From a virus (taxonomy: Duplodnaviria; Caudoviricetes): DNA of 61,577 nt. The stretch covers positions 1 to 61,577 of IMG/VR virus record IMGVR_UViG_3300033153_010015. One strand, 5' to 3'. The notes under the pieces were generated by a model. It did not search any database. It was given only the letters and a program-made list of their open reading frames with translations, and had not been told where the DNA came from. Shown here one piece after another: positions 36,039 through 46,549 of this stretch. A program made the translations under genes and the position numbers. The first letter of the stretch is position 1. Every line of letters starts with the position of its first letter.

Positions 36039-37889
36039 CTACGGCGTGCCGCCGAAATATCCATTCAGTGTGTATACAGTATCGGGGAAACCGCCAAAAA
36101 CAAAGTCAGACATCTCGAACGACGGAGGTCCGCCCCAGATGGAGTCGAATCCGGTACTCAAGAGTTCGATCAGGGTGTATGAGACTTCGCACACCTCCCG
36201 GTTGGTCCAAACCTCTCTGATAGCGTCAGCTGCGAACCGTACGAGGTGCGCGGAGGTTAAACCCTCGAAGGCCGAGGACTCGTCGAATGCGGCCCCCGTG
36301 AGGATCACGAAATTATCGCCCTCTGCCGTCACTTGGGCAACCGTCGTGATGATCGGATCCTCGTTCGGCACCTTGATGGCCACGTGCTCGAAGAAGTCCA
36401 TGATGTCGTCAACCGACTCGGTCGACCCTTTGATGACGATCTCGTTGGGTCGCAGCTCGACGATCTCCCAGAGAGTCTGGGGGTTGACGAAGAAGAACGG
36501 AGCCAGCCTGCCTCGAGCCCAGTCGAAGAACCTCAGGAAGTAGAAAGCCTCCGCCCTGCTCATGGAAGACTTCAAGCCCCACTTCATCTGAGGGCGGTCG
36601 GAGTCGACCTCTACGAGGCGCCCTCTGCCGAATTCAACCTTGGTTCCATATCGGAACACGCTATTGGTCGGGTCGGTGCTCCAGTTGTGCGGAATGTCGA
36701 AGATAGGGTACCCTTCGAAGGTGTCCGGGTTGAACTCGAAAAGCCTCATGGCCAGATCGTAAATCTCGACCTCGTTAACGAGGATGTCGACGTCTGCGCC
36801 GGCACCTGCAGTCAGGGAGGTTCCGTCGAACTCTCCAGCAATGTCCGAGGTAAGGTAAGCAATAATACCAGAGGTGCCGAGGATCATGAGCGCTGATGAA
36901 TCCTGCCTGCGGACGAATTGCAGGCTGTCCGTATTGCCGCTAAAGGAAGCAGTCGCTACGGTCGATGCGTTGACTTTTACGTCATATCGCTCGGCACCTC
37001 CGGAAACTCGTTCGAGAACCACTTGGTTCGCGTTGAAATCCAGAGTGATGGAGTAGGCAACTTTCTCGCCTACGACAGGGGTGTTGATCGTGTAATCGGT
37101 CACCAGGTACAGGCTGCCGGCGCGGTCCAGCTCTTCACTGGTCACGGAGTCGCCGTTCTGCAGATTCAGGTGCTGGGACACGATCGAGGGCGATCCAACC
37201 TGCACAGGCCACTTGACGGGGTCCACAGCAAGGTCGTTGAAATCGTCTTCAAAGAGCGTCGTACGTCGGTCGGAAGTGAGGGGCACCAGGGCCGACTCGT
37301 CGATGTTCTCGTTGACGTTGATGTCAACCTGGAACTTGTCGTCGGTGAATAAGGTCTCCTGCAGGCTGGCGAGCTCGATGTCGACGTCGAGGGTGGGGAT
37401 TATCGAGTTGACGCTGCCACCAAGATCGACGATAGCTTCGGTGACCATCACGAAATCGTCAGCGACAGCCTCTATGGTGTAGTATCCGACGTCTTCCACC
37501 CCGCAGTACCCCTGAGCCACGAGAAGCAGCCGTGCGCCCACGAAGAACCTTGTGTTGGAGAAATCCCCGAGGAAGACGTTGTCTTGGAAGGAATCCACGT
37601 TGGTGACGTCGGAATAGAGGGGGATCGGCACAGGCTCATTGGCCATGCGCTGGATGAACGTCGTCAGCTGGCTGCAGTCCCGTTGATCCATGGCGGTGAG
37701 CCGGGAGAAGAGGAACCTGCGGGGCCGGACCTGCAGACCCTTCCTGTATTCGGTGCCGTCGGTCAGCGCCTTAACGCTGGTCCTGTAGGCAGTCTCTACG
37801 TCAACCTTGCGGGACCAATTGTTGACGAGCTGCTTGGGGTAGTGCGTCAGAGGCGCCGGGACGATCTGGAGTGAATCTACCTGACTCAT
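36039..37889 (-). CDS. Distal tail protein-like virion protein
   Basis: Directly after the tape measure gene; GTEYR, PHNWS and FF..ARGR..PF motifs. Confidence 0.65.
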   Translation of the reverse strand: MSQVDSLQIVPAPLTHYPKQLVNNWSRKVDVETAYRTSVKALTDGTEYRKGLQVRPRRFLFSRLTAMDQRDCSQLTTFIQRMANEPVPIPLYSDVTNVDSFQDNVFLGDFSNTRFFVGARLLLVAQGYCGVEDVGYYTIEAVADDFVMVTEAIVDLGGSVNSIIPTLDVDIELASLQETLFTDDKFQVDINVNENIDESALVPLTSDRRTTLFEDDFNDLAVDPVKWPVQVGSPSIVSQHLNLQNGDSVTSEELDRAGSLYLVTDYTINTPVVGEKVAYSITLDFNANQVVLERVSGGAERYDVKVNASTVATASFSGNTDSLQFVRRQDSSALMILGTSGIIAYLTSDIAGEFDGTSLTAGAGADVDILVNEVEIYDLAMRLFEFNPDTFEGYPIFDIPHNWSTDPTNSVFRYGTKVEFGRGRLVEVDSDRPQMKWGLKSSMSRAEAFYFLRFFDWARGRLAPFFFVNPQTLWEIVELRPNEIVIKGSTESVDDIMDFFEHVAIKVPNEDPIITTVAQVTAEGDNFVILTGAAFDESSAFEGLTSAHLVRFAADAIREVWTNREVCEVSYTLIELLSTGFDSIWGGPPSFEMSDFVFGGFPDTVYTLNGYFGGTP

Positions 37890-40800
37890 TAGAATCGACC
37901 TCCGCGATCCGCTCGAGGACCTGAGATGGCGATGGCATCTTGGTTGTCTTGGATGCCCTTGCGGAAAGCACTCTGACCATTGTTGATGAGCTGTTCCATA
38001 GTGTTCTCGTCGGCTATCATCACAGGAAGGATGGTGGGCTCCGCAGGAGCGAATCCGCCGGCCGGCACTGCGCCGCCAGTGGCGAAGCTCATCGTCTTGG
38101 CTCTGCGGGCCGAAGACTTGCGGAGGCCGGACAGTCCGTCGAGGCCGAGGAGGGGGTTGACGATACCGCTGTTGATGCCCTCGAAGAACCCTACGCCGAG
38201 CTTGCGGACGATCTCAGGGCGGACGACGTACTCGCCAGGGCGGAGCCATGCCGGTACCGTGTCGCGAGGATCCTTGTTGGCCAGAGGGGGGTGACTGTTG
38301 ACGGTACCACCTTCGGCAAAGCCTTGGACGTACCCTCCCTTAGCGAAGCCCAACACCGACTTGATGAAGCTGCCTGCAGCCTTTCCGGCCGAAGCCTTGG
38401 CCTCTGCTGCGAAGATCTCTTTCAGGAAGTCGTTGATGAAGCTCTTCAAGATGGTGTTCAGGACAGTGTTCGACAGGTCGAGGAAGAACTTCTTCCATCG
38501 GTCCTTGATGCTGCCCTGGGACGGATCGAGCGCCCTTGTGAGGGTATCGGAGATGGCAGAAGCAACCTGGTTGAGCACCGTCTGGATGCCGGTAAGTGCG
38601 ACCTCGAAGCCGTTGGGTAGGTCGTTGATGAACTGATTCCAGCCCTCTGAGAGTCCCATGATGACTGCTTCGGCCCCGCCCTCGGCGATAACCTTGGCCT
38701 TCTCCAGCTGGACGTTGATGGCTTCTAGTTTGGCCAGTTCGGCGTCGAGTTCGGCGTTGTACTTCTGCTGCTCCAGGGACTTGTCCTCAGATGCTGCAGC
38801 CAGACGCTCCAGTTCGGCGATGCGGATTTCGGAGGATTCCTTTTCAAGTCCGACTGCTTTGACGTCGAAGTCCTCACGGGAGATCCCGCCGGCAGCCCGC
38901 TGAGTCTCCAGTCTCGTCTTCGATGCGGCGATCTCGGCATCCTTCTTGGCGATCTCAGACTTAATCCTGAACTCTTCGCCCAGCTTGAGGAGCCGGAGGT
39001 TGGTCAGGTTGTTGGAGTCGCGCTCCAGATCGGTACCGGCCTCGAGCAGTGCGTTCTTGCGCAGCTGCCCGGCAATCTCCTGGTTTCCAGCCTGGACGAT
39101 CTCTCCAGCCAGCTTGGCAGCCTCCTGCTTGGCAGCGTTGCTGAGTTGAGTGTCTGCCAGGACTCTCTCCGCAGCCTTGGAGTCAGGACCCACCTCAACG
39201 AGGTCGTCGACCAACTCTTTTGTGGACTTGTTCAGCTTCTCGCGTTCGATGGCAATACGCTTCTGGCGTTCGAGGCTCGCGCTCTCCAGGGACAGGATTT
39301 CCTGCTGCACCTTCTTCTGCGCGTCGAGGAGCTTGAGGCTCTCCTGGAGTTGGACCTTCCGCACCTGCAGGGTCTGGGGAGGGAGATTCAGCTTGGCCAG
39401 ATCCAGCTCTTTCGACGCCTTATCCAGCGACTTGGTAAAGCCCTTGGCAAGTGCGTCGAAGTCGAGGTTCGGCTTGCCGACCACAGCACCTGTGGCACTT
39501 TCGAGGAAGGTCTTCAAGGCTGCAGCGCTGCCGGCCTTAGTGCCTGCACCCTGCTTACCGGCATTCCTGCCACCCGCAGTCTGCAGGGCAAGAATCCGGG
39601 CACTCGCACTGGTGTCTACAGCGTCGAGGTTCTTCTTCAAGTTCTTCTGCACCCTGAGCAGTGCTTTGTCGACGCGGGCGAGTCCCTTTACGGCGGTGTC
39701 TGCGGCGTCCCGTAGGCCGTCGGTCAGTACCTTCAGGGTGTCTTTTACGTCGCCTTCTTTGATGCCGAGAATGGTCCCCAGCGCGGGAAACTTTTTAAGG
39801 AGGCTGTCGATTATGTCGGTGATAGCGTCTGAAATGATATTGACGATGGCCAGAACCGTCTCTGTGGCGAGGGACTGGATGGCAATGAATGCCTGCTCGA
39901 ATCTCAATTTCACGGTTCCGGCAAAGCTGCTTATCCTGATCAGCAGTTTGTCGAGGACTGCACCCATCGTGATAGCCACAACTTGGATGGTTTCAAGGAA
40001 CGAGGCATCTCCGCCGATCTCTTTCTCAATGTCGCTGAAGCTGTCCTTGACCTTGCCCAGAGTAATCAGCATGACAGCAAGGGCGGCGACCACCGCGGCG
40101 ATAGGTATGGCCATGCCGGCAAGGGAGCCGACAAGGATCTTGAAGCCTACAGCCGCACTCGCAGCTTTACCGCTGAGTGCTGTCAGGCCTGCGATCACGA
40201 GGCCCCACGGTACGAGCTTCAAAGCGACGGCAGCGCCTATAAGTAGTCCCAGGACCCTGCCAAGCGCTTTAGAGTTCGCCCCAAACAGCCTCAGCAGTTC
40301 CGTGATCGGCCTTATAGCTATTCCGATTATTTTCACGGTGTCCAGGATGCCGATCAGTATCCCCGAGATGACTTCCAGGGTGGAGGATGCGAGGTCCAAA
40401 GCCCCTGTTATAATCCCAAGGTTGTCGCCCAGGAAGGCGTTCCGGAAGTCGGCCACAATGCCTGTCAGGGTGTCGCCAAGGTTCCTGAACGCGGCCAGGG
40501 ACTCCGGGGTGGGAGATATGGCGCCGGTCAGCTTGTCGATCACCACGAGCTCGTCACGCAAGTCTCGGAGGACGTCCTTGATGCTCTCGAAGAATCCCAG
40601 GCCCGCTTCGCCGGCAACCAGGAGCAGCGCGTCTTTCAAGTTGGTGAACAGTGCGCCGAAGGTGTTGAGGGCTTCTTCTCCAGCAACTTTGAAAGCTCCG
40701 AACTGCTCCTGAAGGAAATCGAACAGCCTGCCAGCTTCTTTCGCGTTGGCGATATCCTCGTTGGTGATGCCGAGGGATGTGGCAATTCTGGTTGTGCGGG

Positions 40801-41956
40801 ACTGGATAGTACCCTGCAGGATGGACCGGATTTCTTCCGCCAGCTGATTCTGGGGCAAGCCGATAGCTGTGGCTGCCTGACTGATGCGGACTGTGAACTC
40901 TCTGACCTGGTCGGCCGACAGTCCGGCGCCGAGGCCCGGAGCAATGGCGGTCTGGTAAGCCTGGACCAAATCGTCGAAGGTGGCAGCCGTCTTGAGGGCC
41001 TCCCGTCGGAGCTGGACGGTCTGGGCAACTGCGATCTTCTGGGCAGCGGCAAGGGCTTCAGCACCCTGCACCATCTCACCTTGGGCGTTGACGACGAAGC
41101 CTGCAGCAAGGAATAGGCTGGCGATACCCAACTTGGCTTGCTCCAGTTGGGCATTGAATGTCACCATACTCGTGACGAGGTTCTTGAACAGTTCGAGGAT
41201 CTTGCGACTGACCGCAAAGAACGCCAGAGCGGTGAAGAGTCGGAGGAAAGAGCTTTGAACTCGGTTGACCATACTGTTGAGGCCTTTCATGGTCCGAGTC
41301 AGGGCTGAGGCCCTCTTGCTGGTGTTGTCGATCTTCTTTGGGGCATCCTGCTCGAGCAATCCAAGACCCTGCGCCCGAGACCGGGAGATGCCGAGGTCGC
41401 TCAAGGCCTGCGCGTTGCCGGCAAGGCCCTTCTCCCTGGCAAAGGCAGCCAATGCCGCAAACTTCGCCTGCTTCTCCTGGAAGGATGCAATCTGCTTGTC
41501 GATGGTGAGCTGACGGGTGGCCGTGCGGAGGGAGCTGTTCTCCAGCTTGGCCCGTTGGACCTTGACTGCCTGGATGCTGCGTTCAACGGCCAGCTCGCGT
41601 TTGAGCTTGTTGAGAGACGGGTTCTTGAGGAGGGCCAACTGCCGTTCGGAGTTGACGAGCTGCTGCTGCCTGGCGAGCCGGGTCTTCTGCGTCTGGAGCG
41701 TCTTGCTGTTGAGCAAGGCCTGCTGCTTCTGGATCTGCAGTCGGGCCTTCTGCAAGTCGGTCAACTTCTTAGCGTTGGTCTGCGCCTTTTTGGAGGCAGT
41801 CCCAGAGGCGGCACGTCCACCGCCGGCCTGCAGCTTTTGAACTTCCTTCATCTCTTTCTTTATGTCATCTAGTGACTTCTTGAAGATGGTGAGGTTGTCA
41901 AAGCCTTTAGCCTTTACGGTGATCGGATAATCTATGCCGCCTCTGTCGACTGTCAT
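37889..41956 (-). CDS. Tail tape measure protein
   Basis: 1355 aa, helical and Ala/Leu-rich; C-terminal GFAKGG..DTVPAWLRPGEYVV. Confidence 0.92.
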   Translation of the reverse strand: MTVDRGGIDYPITVKAKGFDNLTIFKKSLDDIKKEMKEVQKLQAGGGRAASGTASKKAQTNAKKLTDLQKARLQIQKQQALLNSKTLQTQKTRLARQQQLVNSERQLALLKNPSLNKLKRELAVERSIQAVKVQRAKLENSSLRTATRQLTIDKQIASFQEKQAKFAALAAFAREKGLAGNAQALSDLGISRSRAQGLGLLEQDAPKKIDNTSKRASALTRTMKGLNSMVNRVQSSFLRLFTALAFFAVSRKILELFKNLVTSMVTFNAQLEQAKLGIASLFLAAGFVVNAQGEMVQGAEALAAAQKIAVAQTVQLRREALKTAATFDDLVQAYQTAIAPGLGAGLSADQVREFTVRISQAATAIGLPQNQLAEEIRSILQGTIQSRTTRIATSLGITNEDIANAKEAGRLFDFLQEQFGAFKVAGEEALNTFGALFTNLKDALLLVAGEAGLGFFESIKDVLRDLRDELVVIDKLTGAISPTPESLAAFRNLGDTLTGIVADFRNAFLGDNLGIITGALDLASSTLEVISGILIGILDTVKIIGIAIRPITELLRLFGANSKALGRVLGLLIGAAVALKLVPWGLVIAGLTALSGKAASAAVGFKILVGSLAGMAIPIAAVVAALAVMLITLGKVKDSFSDIEKEIGGDASFLETIQVVAITMGAVLDKLLIRISSFAGTVKLRFEQAFIAIQSLATETVLAIVNIISDAITDIIDSLLKKFPALGTILGIKEGDVKDTLKVLTDGLRDAADTAVKGLARVDKALLRVQKNLKKNLDAVDTSASARILALQTAGGRNAGKQGAGTKAGSAAALKTFLESATGAVVGKPNLDFDALAKGFTKSLDKASKELDLAKLNLPPQTLQVRKVQLQESLKLLDAQKKVQQEILSLESASLERQKRIAIEREKLNKSTKELVDDLVEVGPDSKAAERVLADTQLSNAAKQEAAKLAGEIVQAGNQEIAGQLRKNALLEAGTDLERDSNNLTNLRLLKLGEEFRIKSEIAKKDAEIAASKTRLETQRAAGGISREDFDVKAVGLEKESSEIRIAELERLAAASEDKSLEQQKYNAELDAELAKLEAINVQLEKAKVIAEGGAEAVIMGLSEGWNQFINDLPNGFEVALTGIQTVLNQVASAISDTLTRALDPSQGSIKDRWKKFFLDLSNTVLNTILKSFINDFLKEIFAAEAKASAGKAAGSFIKSVLGFAKGGYVQGFAEGGTVNSHPPLANKDPRDTVPAWLRPGEYVVRPEIVRKLGVGFFEGINSGIVNPLLGLDGLSGLRKSSARRAKTMSFATGGAVPAGGFAPAEPTILPVMIADENTMEQLINNGQSAFRKGIQDNQDAIAISGPRADRGGRF

Positions 41957-41968
41957 CGTGATTGCTCC

Positions 41969-42181
41969 TTAGCAGTTGCCAACGTCCCGCATGAAGTCCT
42001 GAATGCCTTTACGTCCGTCTGACGCAGGGCTCTTCTTGCTGGGTTTAGGTAGGATGTCCTTGAGTTTTTCGGGAGCATGCGCGGCGACTGCCGTAAGGTG
42101 CGCTTGCTGTGCGACTTCTTCAATGTATACATCAGTTACCTCTACGCAGATTGCCTGGAACTTCACCAGGTCCAGGCCCAT
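41969..42181 (-). CDS. Tail assembly chaperone, C-terminal (T) part, probably expressed by -1 frameshift
   Basis: Lies between the chaperone and TMP; the -1 frame is open well upstream of its ATG. Confidence 0.65.
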   Translation of the reverse strand: MGLDLVKFQAICVEVTDVYIEEVAQQAHLTAVAAHAPEKLKDILPKPSKKSPASDGRKGIQDFMRDVGNC

Positions 42182-42849
42182 TAAGTATCCGAGACTTCCG
42201 TACTGTCCTCGGTTTGCGACCCAGACGTAGGCTCTTTCGAGTTCTCCGATGGGGTCGGAAGGTCCATGACTTCGTTGAGCTTTTCTTTTGCCACCTGGAT
42301 CAACGTGTCCAGGTGCTCCTCGAAAGGGCCGAGTACGCCTTTGTTCGCCTTCAGAACCCCCATGGCGCCTTGAATCAAGGTAGGGATGTCCATCTTCGGG
42401 TGGTCGAGGAAGTCGGCCTCAGAGGGCCAGTCAATGGGCTGCCCCTGCTGGTCGCGGGGGAATGCTTCCTTTAGGCTGTCCATGATGAGGAAGGCCAGCG
42501 CTTCGTGGTTGTCTTCGGAGAGGGCCATGTCCATCAAGGAGCTGAGGGCTTCCTTGCGCATAGCGTGGCGGGTGCGTGCCATGTCGGGAGTAGCAGGACT
42601 CGTAGAGGTCTCTTCGAAGAAGTTACCGTCTTTCTGTTCTTGCCGGCGGACGATGCCTTGATCGTTGCCGTCAGATCCTGCACTGATAACTCCGACGATT
42701 GCTTCGCCGGCACTCTTGGCCAAGCCGAACACTCTGGCCAGGCCGGACCCGCTGATGGGGTAGAATTTGTGCTTCTTGCCTCCGAACTTGTGCGTAACAC
42801 AAGAAGGTGCGAGGAGACCGAGTCGTTGCTGCCACTCTTTCATGATCAC
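42181..42849 (-). CDS. Tail assembly chaperone (G)
   Basis: Position between the major tail protein and TMP. Confidence 0.7.
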   Translation of the reverse strand: MIMKEWQQRLGLLAPSCVTHKFGGKKHKFYPISGSGLARVFGLAKSAGEAIVGVISAGSDGNDQGIVRRQEQKDGNFFEETSTSPATPDMARTRHAMRKEALSSLMDMALSEDNHEALAFLIMDSLKEAFPRDQQGQPIDWPSEADFLDHPKMDIPTLIQGAMGVLKANKGVLGPFEEHLDTLIQVAKEKLNEVMDLPTPSENSKEPTSGSQTEDSTEVSDT

Positions 42850-42912
42850 TCCTACGTTTTTGTTATGGGTGAAACTGCTCTAATATACTTCGGAAGCCTG
42901 AAAATGAAAATG

Positions 42913-42939
42913 AAAAAGCCCCTCTCCGAAGAGAAGGGC
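42913..42939 (-). terminator. Rho-independent terminator after the major tail gene
   Basis: GCCCTTCTC-TTCG-GAGAGGGGC followed by TTTTT. Confidence 0.85.
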
Positions 42940-42957
42940 TCCTTTGGCAGCAGGATA

Positions 42958-43821
42958 TTATGCAGCCTTCTGCGTGCGGATCGTAACGTGAGGAGAGTCG
43001 GGACTCGCCTTCGTATTGGATTCCACAGTGCCACCAAACGGCATCTGGGTCCAATCGTCACCGATCATATTCATGTCGCCATCGGCACGCAACTTGACCT
43101 GGTGGAAAATGAATTCCGTAGGTTCGTCTGCGTTGGCCGGGTTGACGGCCTGGAACATCATCGCAACCTGAACAGCCGAGGTGGTCAAACCGCGGACTTC
43201 GTCCATGTCGACTGCGCCGGCATTGGCTACCAGTACGGCAGTAATACCTTCGACGTTCGTGATCGCCGTCTGGACAGCAGCACTGTCGAGCAGGCGGAAC
43301 ATGCCGCTGGTGGTGAGGACCTCGTAGTCCGTACCTTCAACGAGGGTGACCGGGGCCACGTTGGTGGTGGCCAACGTGAGGTCTGCCAACTCGATGCCGT
43401 AGGCACGCACAGCAGTCGAGGACTCAAGCTGGTACCAGACGAGTTGGGGGTCTGCATCGATTTCGCCATCGGCGATGATCGACCATTCAGCGAACCCTGC
43501 AACAGCGGCATTCGTGTAGTCGGCGGTCTCTCCCGAGAGAAAAAGCGCCAGGTTCTTGTCGTTGATCGTGTCGAACGCGAAGGACATCTGGAGGTCCTTG
43601 CTGAGCGTCACGGTCTTATCCCGGGTCTTCAGTCCTGTGCGGGACGTGAAATGCTCCAGCTCTTCCTCGGCCACATTGACCGTGAAATCGGGGACGTTTC
43701 CAACATCACGCCACTTTTTGGGAAGACCTGTGGTGGAGTCAATCTCCGATAGGTACATGACGCCGCGACCAAGGGTATAGTCGTTAGTGTCATAAGTACC
43801 TGTGGTGTCTTTTCCGGCCAT
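42958..43821 (-). CDS. Major tail (tube) protein
   Basis: YTLGRG.MY...WRDVGNVPDF..H..SR.G...D motif; position. Confidence 0.8.
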   Translation of the reverse strand: MAGKDTTGTYDTNDYTLGRGVMYLSEIDSTTGLPKKWRDVGNVPDFTVNVAEEELEHFTSRTGLKTRDKTVTLSKDLQMSFAFDTINDKNLALFLSGETADYTNAAVAGFAEWSIIADGEIDADPQLVWYQLESSTAVRAYGIELADLTLATTNVAPVTLVEGTDYEVLTTSGMFRLLDSAAVQTAITNVEGITAVLVANAGAVDMDEVRGLTTSAVQVAMMFQAVNPANADEPTEFIFHQVKLRADGDMNMIGDDWTQMPFGGTVESNTKASPDSPHVTIRTQKAA

Positions 43822-43869
43822 GGTGGCTCTCCGTGTTTTTGCGTTCTGTATTCTCTTTGCGTGAGAAAA

Positions 43870-44313
43870 TTATACAGGCCTTATGCTGGCCTTGATCGTG
43901 AACCGTGCTTCGCTGCCGGCATTGGAGCCTTGAACCTCTACAGGGTGGGATGCAACGAAGTCGGTAAATGTAAGGAATATAGTCGGGTTTCCCTGACTTT
44001 GAAAATCGACTGGCACTTGAAAGTTAGAACTTAGTCTGGCCTTGAGGTACTCGAAGGTCACCATGCGTCCAAATTTGAGGACCAGATGCCACACCCATTC
44101 GCCTGGCTGACGCTGCATTCCCGAGCGTCTGGTGGGAGATTCCTCGAAAGATCCGGACACCTCCATGGTCCTCAGGTAGTCGGGCTGGATAGGATCGCCC
44201 TCGGAAAGGATCTGATTATCGTCGTACACCAACTCGGGGAATGCGCCGTCAAGCGCAAAGGACCTGATGTCGGCAATGATGTAGTTGTGCGTTATGAGGA
44301 GGTTGTTGCTCAT
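43870..44313 (-). CDS. Putative tail terminator
   Basis: Size and position upstream of the tube gene. Confidence 0.5.
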   Translation of the reverse strand: MSNNLLITHNYIIADIRSFALDGAFPELVYDDNQILSEGDPIQPDYLRTMEVSGSFEESPTRRSGMQRQPGEWVWHLVLKFGRMVTFEYLKARLSSNFQVPVDFQSQGNPTIFLTFTDFVASHPVEVQGSNAGSEARFTIKASIRPV

Positions 44314-44927
44314 GGTAGGATGATCAGCCCCTCGGGAAGGTCGTCAGAGTCGTACCCTTCGTAGTTCAGGTACTGCCCCCATCGGACGATGCTGGAACCA
44401 GGGGCGTGAGGTACGTAGGTATCGGACGGGCCGATGTCGCCCACCTTGACGGAGTTGTCGCCGATGGCGCCGGTAAGATCGCCGATGATGTCTTGGATCT
44501 CTTCCCACAACGCATCACGTCGAAGCTCGAGGGTGTCCGGGTCGATGTCGCGGGTGAGGGGCTCTTTGTCCCAGATCTGCTCTGGAGGCTCGGCAGCTAC
44601 GGAGTCGTAGAGACACACGGGCAACTCGATCAGCAGGAGGTAGAGCACCCAGTTGGCTTCGAGGATAGTCGCCTGCAACCTGCTGAGGCCATCGGTTGTG
44701 GTGGGGTTCTCTTCGGGCACGATGGCCAGCAGGGTATCTACCAGGTCTTCCCCCAATGCGCCGTAGATCTTCACCCGAACATTCTGGGTGACTTTGTCGA
44801 CTACACCGTTGGTGGTGTCGGTCGTCTTCGAAGATACCAGCCTGATCATCTTCTGCAGCTCGGCCATAGAAGGAGTGATCGTTGGCAGGTCTTCGTAGTC
44901 TACGACGAATAGGGGTTCGACCGGCAT
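44310..44927 (-). CDS. Putative head-tail adaptor
   Basis: Position; helical. Confidence 0.5.
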   Translation of the reverse strand: MPVEPLFVVDYEDLPTITPSMAELQKMIRLVSSKTTDTTNGVVDKVTQNVRVKIYGALGEDLVDTLLAIVPEENPTTTDGLSRLQATILEANWVLYLLLIELPVCLYDSVAAEPPEQIWDKEPLTRDIDPDTLELRRDALWEEIQDIIGDLTGAIGDNSVKVGDIGPSDTYVPHAPGSSIVRWGQYLNYEGYDSDDLPEGLIILP

Positions 44928-44930
44928 GAA

Positions 44931-45386
44931 TTAGGCGTCCTGGGTGAGGAACTTGATGGCCTCGACAGCGTCTTCGAACGCGGCAGGCTGGTCGAGCTTG
45001 TTGACGGCTGCGATCTCTGCGACCTTGGCGTTGAGGTCTTCGAGGGACATCTCAGCGATATCTTCGGGCTTGAGGTTCCAGACCTTCGTCAGCTTGGCTC
45101 CGGCTTTTACCTTGGCCTTCTCTTTAGCCTTGGCAGTTGCCCGAGTCTTCGGAGAGTTCATCAGCTCGGGGACGCCGTCGTCTTCGAGGTCTTCTTCGAA
45201 ACCGATAGCCACTTCCCGAATCTGACCGCCGTCGAGCCAACGCTTCTTGGCCCTCTTACCGTCGGCAGTCTTGAAGTAGGCTTCAAGCTCTTTCTGAGTG
45301 GTTTCGGGGGTGACGGTCGGACCGCTGCCTACAGTGAGGAGGGTTCCGCCGACTTCAAACTTCGTGGTTGCTACTCTTTTACCCAT
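44931..45386 (-). CDS. Hypothetical head-associated protein
   Basis: AAGGA RBS before ATG at 45386; follows the capsid gene. Confidence 0.6.
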   Translation of the reverse strand: MGKRVATTKFEVGGTLLTVGSGPTVTPETTQKELEAYFKTADGKRAKKRWLDGGQIREVAIGFEEDLEDDGVPELMNSPKTRATAKAKEKAKVKAGAKLTKVWNLKPEDIAEMSLEDLNAKVAEIAAVNKLDQPAAFEDAVEAIKFLTQDA

Positions 45387-45421
45387 GGTGTGCTTTTCCT
45401 TGCTACCAAGTGAAAGTGATA

Positions 45422-45441
45422 GGGAGGCCCGAAGGCCTCCC
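45422..45441 (-). terminator. Stable hairpin after the capsid gene (attenuator or mRNA stabiliser)
   Basis: GGGAGGCC-TTCG-GGCCTCCC with a weak U-tract. Confidence 0.6.
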
Positions 45442-45450
45442 AGAGGGGAC

Positions 45451-46539
45451 CTATGCAGCGACTGCACGGAACGAGATGTTCCAGTCAGGACGCTTGGGCA
45501 AAGGCAGGGGACTCGACTTCAGGTACTGCATGTACACCGAAGGATCGTCCTTGATCTTGCTCCAGGCATACCGGCGCGTGATGTGCTTGCGGGCACGGAT
45601 GGCGCGGATGTCCAGGATGGGACCGTAGTTCAGGGTACGCATCTTGCGTGCCTTGGACGTGCGGGAAACGAACTCGATGTAACCCGAACGAATCAGTTTG
45701 GTCTTGGTACCGTCTTCTTCGGTGACGCTCTGTGCGTATTCCCAGAAGTCGATACTGTTGATCCGACCGATGTAGATAACACCTTCATCGGAGAACTGAT
45801 TTGCGAACGCACTGATGCGGCCGCCGTAGTCAACGTCACGCGTCTTGTCGAGCTTGAGGAGGTTGTCCTCAACCATGGCGTAGATGGCGTGCGCAGCAGT
45901 ACGGCTGCAGATACCGTCAGTGATCAGAGGCCCGTCGTTGTCGGACTGGACTTCTTTGACCGTCTGAAGGTCCTGGTGCGGCTTCGGAGCAGACTGGTCC
46001 CAATAGACCGCAGGCGTGATCGTGTTACCGACAGGCTTGGCGAGCGTCAGGCTGAACGCTGCACGGTTGGACACCGCGTAGGTCATCGTGCCGATGAGGC
46101 CCTGAGCTACCATCCACTCTTCACGTTCTTCGATGGAGTCGGCCAATGTCCGAGTATCGTCGAGGATCGCTTGATTGAGGTTGGTAGTGATGACGTCAAC
46201 GTCCTCACCCTCGTTGATGAGGATGGTCGACTGACCTGCACGACGCGTCAAGAGCTCTTCAGTTGCCGACAAGGGCATCTTCAAGCTAATATACGGCATC
46301 GTGACAGCATACGAGCTGCCGTCCGGGCGGGGGAGCATGACGCCCTCTTCATGGGCCTTAACGAACGGGGCCATGATAGGGTTGTAGGTCATCTCATCAA
46401 CCTGGATGGTACGGGTGGTCTGCGTCCGCCAGGTGGAGCGGGGGTACAGGAGCGCAGTGAGGAAGCGGTGATTCTTGCCATCGCGATTGACAGCAGTGGT
46501 AAGAGTCGCCGCATCAAGGGTACCGATTACTTGAGGCAT
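45451..46539 (-). CDS. Major capsid protein (Phage_cap_E-like)
   Basis: 362 aa; MAPFV, REEWMVAQ.L and S.PLP.P C-terminus; follows the decoration gene. Confidence 0.85.
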   Translation of the reverse strand: MPQVIGTLDAATLTTAVNRDGKNHRFLTALLYPRSTWRTQTTRTIQVDEMTYNPIMAPFVKAHEEGVMLPRPDGSSYAVTMPYISLKMPLSATEELLTRRAGQSTILINEGEDVDVITTNLNQAILDDTRTLADSIEEREEWMVAQGLIGTMTYAVSNRAAFSLTLAKPVGNTITPAVYWDQSAPKPHQDLQTVKEVQSDNDGPLITDGICSRTAAHAIYAMVEDNLLKLDKTRDVDYGGRISAFANQFSDEGVIYIGRINSIDFWEYAQSVTEEDGTKTKLIRSGYIEFVSRTSKARKMRTLNYGPILDIRAIRARKHITRRYAWSKIKDDPSVYMQYLKSSPLPLPKRPDWNISFRAVAA

Positions 46540-46549
46540 GGTTCCCTCC

